Shown: one piece after another, positions 60,671-64,000 of the stretch | Position numbering within the stretch: the stretch's first letter is position 1 | Layout of the letters: each line of letters begins with the position of its first letter | Program-made: the position numbers and the translations under genes | Notes under the pieces: generated by a model | Seen by the model: only the letters and a program-made list of their open reading frames with translations | What the model was told of the DNA's origin: nothing | Databases searched by the model: none | Assembly (NCBI GenBank): GCA_002269645.1 | Contig: NIVC01004004.1 | Span: forward strand, 1,111-65,110 | Source: Macrostomum lignano | Lineage: Eukaryota | Direction of reading: 5' to 3' | Length of the DNA stretch: 64,000 nucleotides

Positions 60671-60882
60671 TAAAAATGGGTAATCGAACAACATGTTCGC
60701 GTGCAAAGCACGATAATAATAATTTAATAAAAAAAAATCAGAAAAAGTTAAAAAAGCTGAAGATAATTACGAACTAGAACTAGCAAAATTAAGGCAGTTA
60801 CAAGCTGATAAAATAAGAAAGGAATTGTTAAAACCCACACCTACGAAACTAACTAAAACCAAGAGTTTTTCAGGAACATAAA

Positions 60883-61320
60883 ATGACCATGACGTGGGAT
60901 GATTTTAAACAAAGATATGGAACGGACACAACAAGCAATATCGAATTAACAAATTGGGCGAGGCAGTTAAAAATAAAACCATTCAGATGTGTTATGCGGA
61001 TGAGATAAAAGACTTACCACAATATGGATGTTTCATTGTTAATATTGAAACAACAAAAGAAAATGGTGTTCATTGGTCAGCAGTTTATTCAAACCTAAAC
61101 TTGTTTATTTTTTTGATTCATACGCGCTTCCTCCGTTACAGGAAATAAAAGACAATTTAATCATACTAAAAATCGTTTATGTGGAGATCATCACGAACAA
61201 TTTCAAACCTTTGATAAAAGTTATTGCGGGCAAGCAGCGTTGTATTTTTTATATCGACTTTCGAATGAAGCTCGTGTAAACCCCGAAGTATTTAAGACTA
61301 TTTTAGACTCTATAAAATAG
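60883..61320 (+). pseudogene. Adenain-type cysteine protease, frameshifted as assembled
   Basis: IVNIETTKENGVHW (His), YFFDSY (Asp) and QTFDKSYCG (Gln/Cys) spread over shifting frames. Confidence 0.85.
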
Positions 61321-61330
61321 ACAGTAAAAA

Positions 61331-63360
61331 ATGTTATTTTCTGGAACACCCTCATGGAACGGAACATCAAGTACTGGTGGTGGTACTTCTGGTGGAATAA
61401 GTGTTACATTCGGAGATAACCGATATATTAATGAAGATGAAGGTTATAAAAAAAGTGAAGTTGATACTAAACTAAATTTAAAAAGAAATGTTGCAGATTC
61501 CTATACCAAAACTCAAATAGATAATTCCCTAAATTTAAAACGGAACGTAGCCGATTCATATACAAAAACAGAGGTTGACAATGGGTTAAATTTAAAAAGA
61601 GATATAACTGATTCTTATTCTCGAACTCAAATAGATGATTCATTAAATTTAAAACGCAATACGGCCGATTCTTATACCAAAACCGAAGTTGATAATTCCC
61701 TAAATTTAAAACGGAATGTTGCTGATTCCTATACCAAAACTGAAGTTGATAATTCCCTAAATTTAAAAAGAGATATAACTGATTCCTATACCAAAACCGA
61801 AGTTGATAATTCCCTAAATTTAAAAAGAGATATAACTGATTCTTATAGCAAAACTGAAGTTGATAATTCCTTAAATTTAAAAAGAGATATAACTGATTCC
61901 TATACCAAAACGGAGGTTGATAATTTAGTTGGGGTGGAGCCCCAAACAGATCGATTCCAAACGGTTGAAACTGGTCACATACCTACCATGGCAGATTGGA
62001 GTGGAAATGGTTTTGCAATAACCGCAAGCACTGCATTTAATACAACTGATTTTGCAAGTTGGAAAGCGTTTGATGGAAATGATTCAACAGATTGGGCAAC
62101 AAATAATACTCAAACCGATTATTGGATTCAAGTCCAATGCCCTTCCGCAATAATGTGTTATAAAATTGATTTACGTGGTAGGCCATCACCTTCAACCGAG
62201 CACCCAGCATCATGGCGATTTGAGGGAAGTAATGACAATACAAGTTGGGACGTATTAATACCTGCGGATAGTTCTGTAGAATAAATAACTCAACTCAAAC
62301 AATTAATGTCACACAAAATTTTGATAAAACATATTCATATTTCAGATTGTTCTGTCTTACATCAACTCGGGTTCACAACCCGGCTGTCAACCTTCAGATT
62401 TATAGACAGACTTTTACAATTCTTGATTTAAATTGGGAGTAGTTAATCAATCAATTGATATGGGTAATACAATTACTAATATCTCTAATATAAACGATAA
62501 CAGTTCTGTTGTTACTAAAGGTTATGTTGACACGCGAGTAACACAAACGGCGGATGGCCGAATGTCTTTTAATGATAAAATAAAATTGGATGGAATACCT
62601 GCAATCGATGCCGCTTTGTACGAGCCCGTAATTTGCAATTGGACTGGATATCAAAACCCAACCACAGCCGGTGATATTTTTCCAACTGGAAGTTTTGTTG
62701 GTAGCGCTACTTATATTGATTATCAAAATGGAGCTAGAATTACTGATGAAGCAAGTGGTCAGTCTGGAGCGTTGCAATTTAATTTCACCCATTTTCGTAA
62801 TATCTCCGCCTCCTTCTATTTCCGAGTTGCTAATGCTACAGGAATGGTGCTGATGCGGTTTGGTTTTATGCATATTGTCACGAACGTCCAACAAGTGAAT
62901 TTGGATCCGGGTTAACAACCCGCGCCGGCTTGATTGTGTTTGCGAGTGAATGGCATGATAGAGTTGGGGTTGTTTGGAGCAATATAAAATCAGACGGTGC
63001 AACAGCTCGTAATGATGTTCTTAATGACGCAGATCAAACTATAACCTATGCTAATATTGATAACGGCGATTGGCATCTTTTTGAAATTAATATTTTAAAT
63101 CAAAGAGTTTGGTATCAAATAAGCACATACAATGTATCAGCTAATACATATACGCTAATTGGGCAAAACTTTTTTACATATGATAGTGGAACTTGGGAGA
63201 TTTAGATAAAACGGGAACTCTTATGGGTTTTGGTGCTCGAACTGGAGGAGCAGATGCCGCACATTTTATTCGTGGTGCAGCCGTTTGTGGTAGCACATCA
63301 GCAGGATATGATTTTGCTGCGACCGCATATTTGGAACGGCCACAAACCGAAATACCTTAA
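61331..63360 (+). pseudogene. Fibre/receptor-binding-like protein: 17-aa repeats, F5/8C-like domain, L-type-lectin-like domain; frameshifted after 62284
   Basis: Repeats YTKTEVDNSLNLKRDITDS; WKAFDG..W..WIQV..WRFEGSNDNTSW; downstream frames give GADAVWFY and GFGARTGG..H.I. Confidence 0.65.
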
Positions 63361-63374
63361 ATATTTCTATATAA

Positions 63375-63602
63375 ATGGCTTTTAGTAGAACTCCATCGAT
63401 GCGGCAAAATAATGTTATTATTCCTATTCCTAAACAAGAATCAAATATAAAAACATTCAAATCTCATACCAAATTTTTATTTAGTACTGTAAATGTTCAG
63501 GATAATAAGAAGCTTCAAGAATTAATTAAGTTATTAAAAAATCATATTATACTTCAAGAGTTTTGGAAAATAGGATTTAAATGGAGAAAAAAGAAAGAAT
63601 AA
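63375..63602 (+). CDS. Polinton hypothetical protein (may continue by frameshift)
   Basis: ORF with TAAATG start directly after the fibre gene. Confidence 0.4.
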   Translation: MAFSRTPSMRQNNVIIPIPKQESNIKTFKSHTKFLFSTVNVQDNKKLQELIKLLKNHIILQEFWKIGFKWRKKKE

Positions 63603-64000
63603 CTCCAATACAATACCTATTAAGCTCGGGACAAATCCCCAAAGAGCGTGGGGAATTCATTTTGGTGCTATTAAAAATAGACGAGAATGTCGGTATCTGA
63701 AGCAGATAAATGGGAACGCGACCGGTTCAACCAACGTAAAGGTCAGATGTTGAGTAATGTTGATCGATAAATTATGATTATGATTTATATGCTAAAAAAG
63801 TAAGAAGAGTTTCAAACCATATAAGAAATATGGATTTTTCAATATTGGATTTGGAAGCTTATCAATGTTATGTGTAATCGTTTTAGGTATTTTAACAATC
63901 TATTCCAACTCTTAATTTATCTCAATTATTTTTAGGTATTTCAATTGGCTCAATATCAGGTTTTGAATTGATCAGGAACTTATCAATACTTTTAGCAATT

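Larger units (their letters stand above)
53716..64000. mobile_element. Polinton/Maverick (adintovirus-like endogenous dsDNA virus), left part only
   Basis: Terminus AGTAGT, an abrupt switch to AT-rich gene-dense sequence, and integrase, DJR major capsid, minor capsid, A32 ATPase and adenain genes. Confidence 0.96.

Overview
Eukaryotic nuclear DNA from an invertebrate animal. It has GC-rich coding sequence, spliceosomal introns and dense minisatellites; the style suggests a free-living flatworm such as Macrostomum, but this is unverified. Host genes: a RhoGAP, lipin (2 exons), SERP1/RAMP4, a JHBP/Grp7-type lipid-binding protein, GTP cyclohydrolase I (4 exons), a MIT plus degenerate AAA protein, a secreted Cys-rich protein, and a head-to-head pair of PAN/apple-fibrinogen-domain genes. 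Mobile DNA: a decayed LOA-like LINE with a 12-bp TSD, an intact-ORF piggyBac nested inside it, a tRNA-derived SINE, and from 53716 to the window end the left ~10 kb of a Polinton/adintovirus-like endogenous virus. That element encodes an integrase, a PLA2-like domain, an HNH nuclease, major and minor capsid proteins, a packaging ATPase, an adenain protease and a fibre; pPolB is not in the window. Main finding: a 303-nt group I self-splicing intron (IC1-like; P1-P9 foldable by eye, intact G-binding site, apparent terminal A) interrupts the conserved G-P-G motif of the viral PLA2-like gene. It sits next to a free-standing HNH endonuclease gene. Group I introns are not an established feature of animal nuclear genomes. 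All assignments were made by eye with no searches run.
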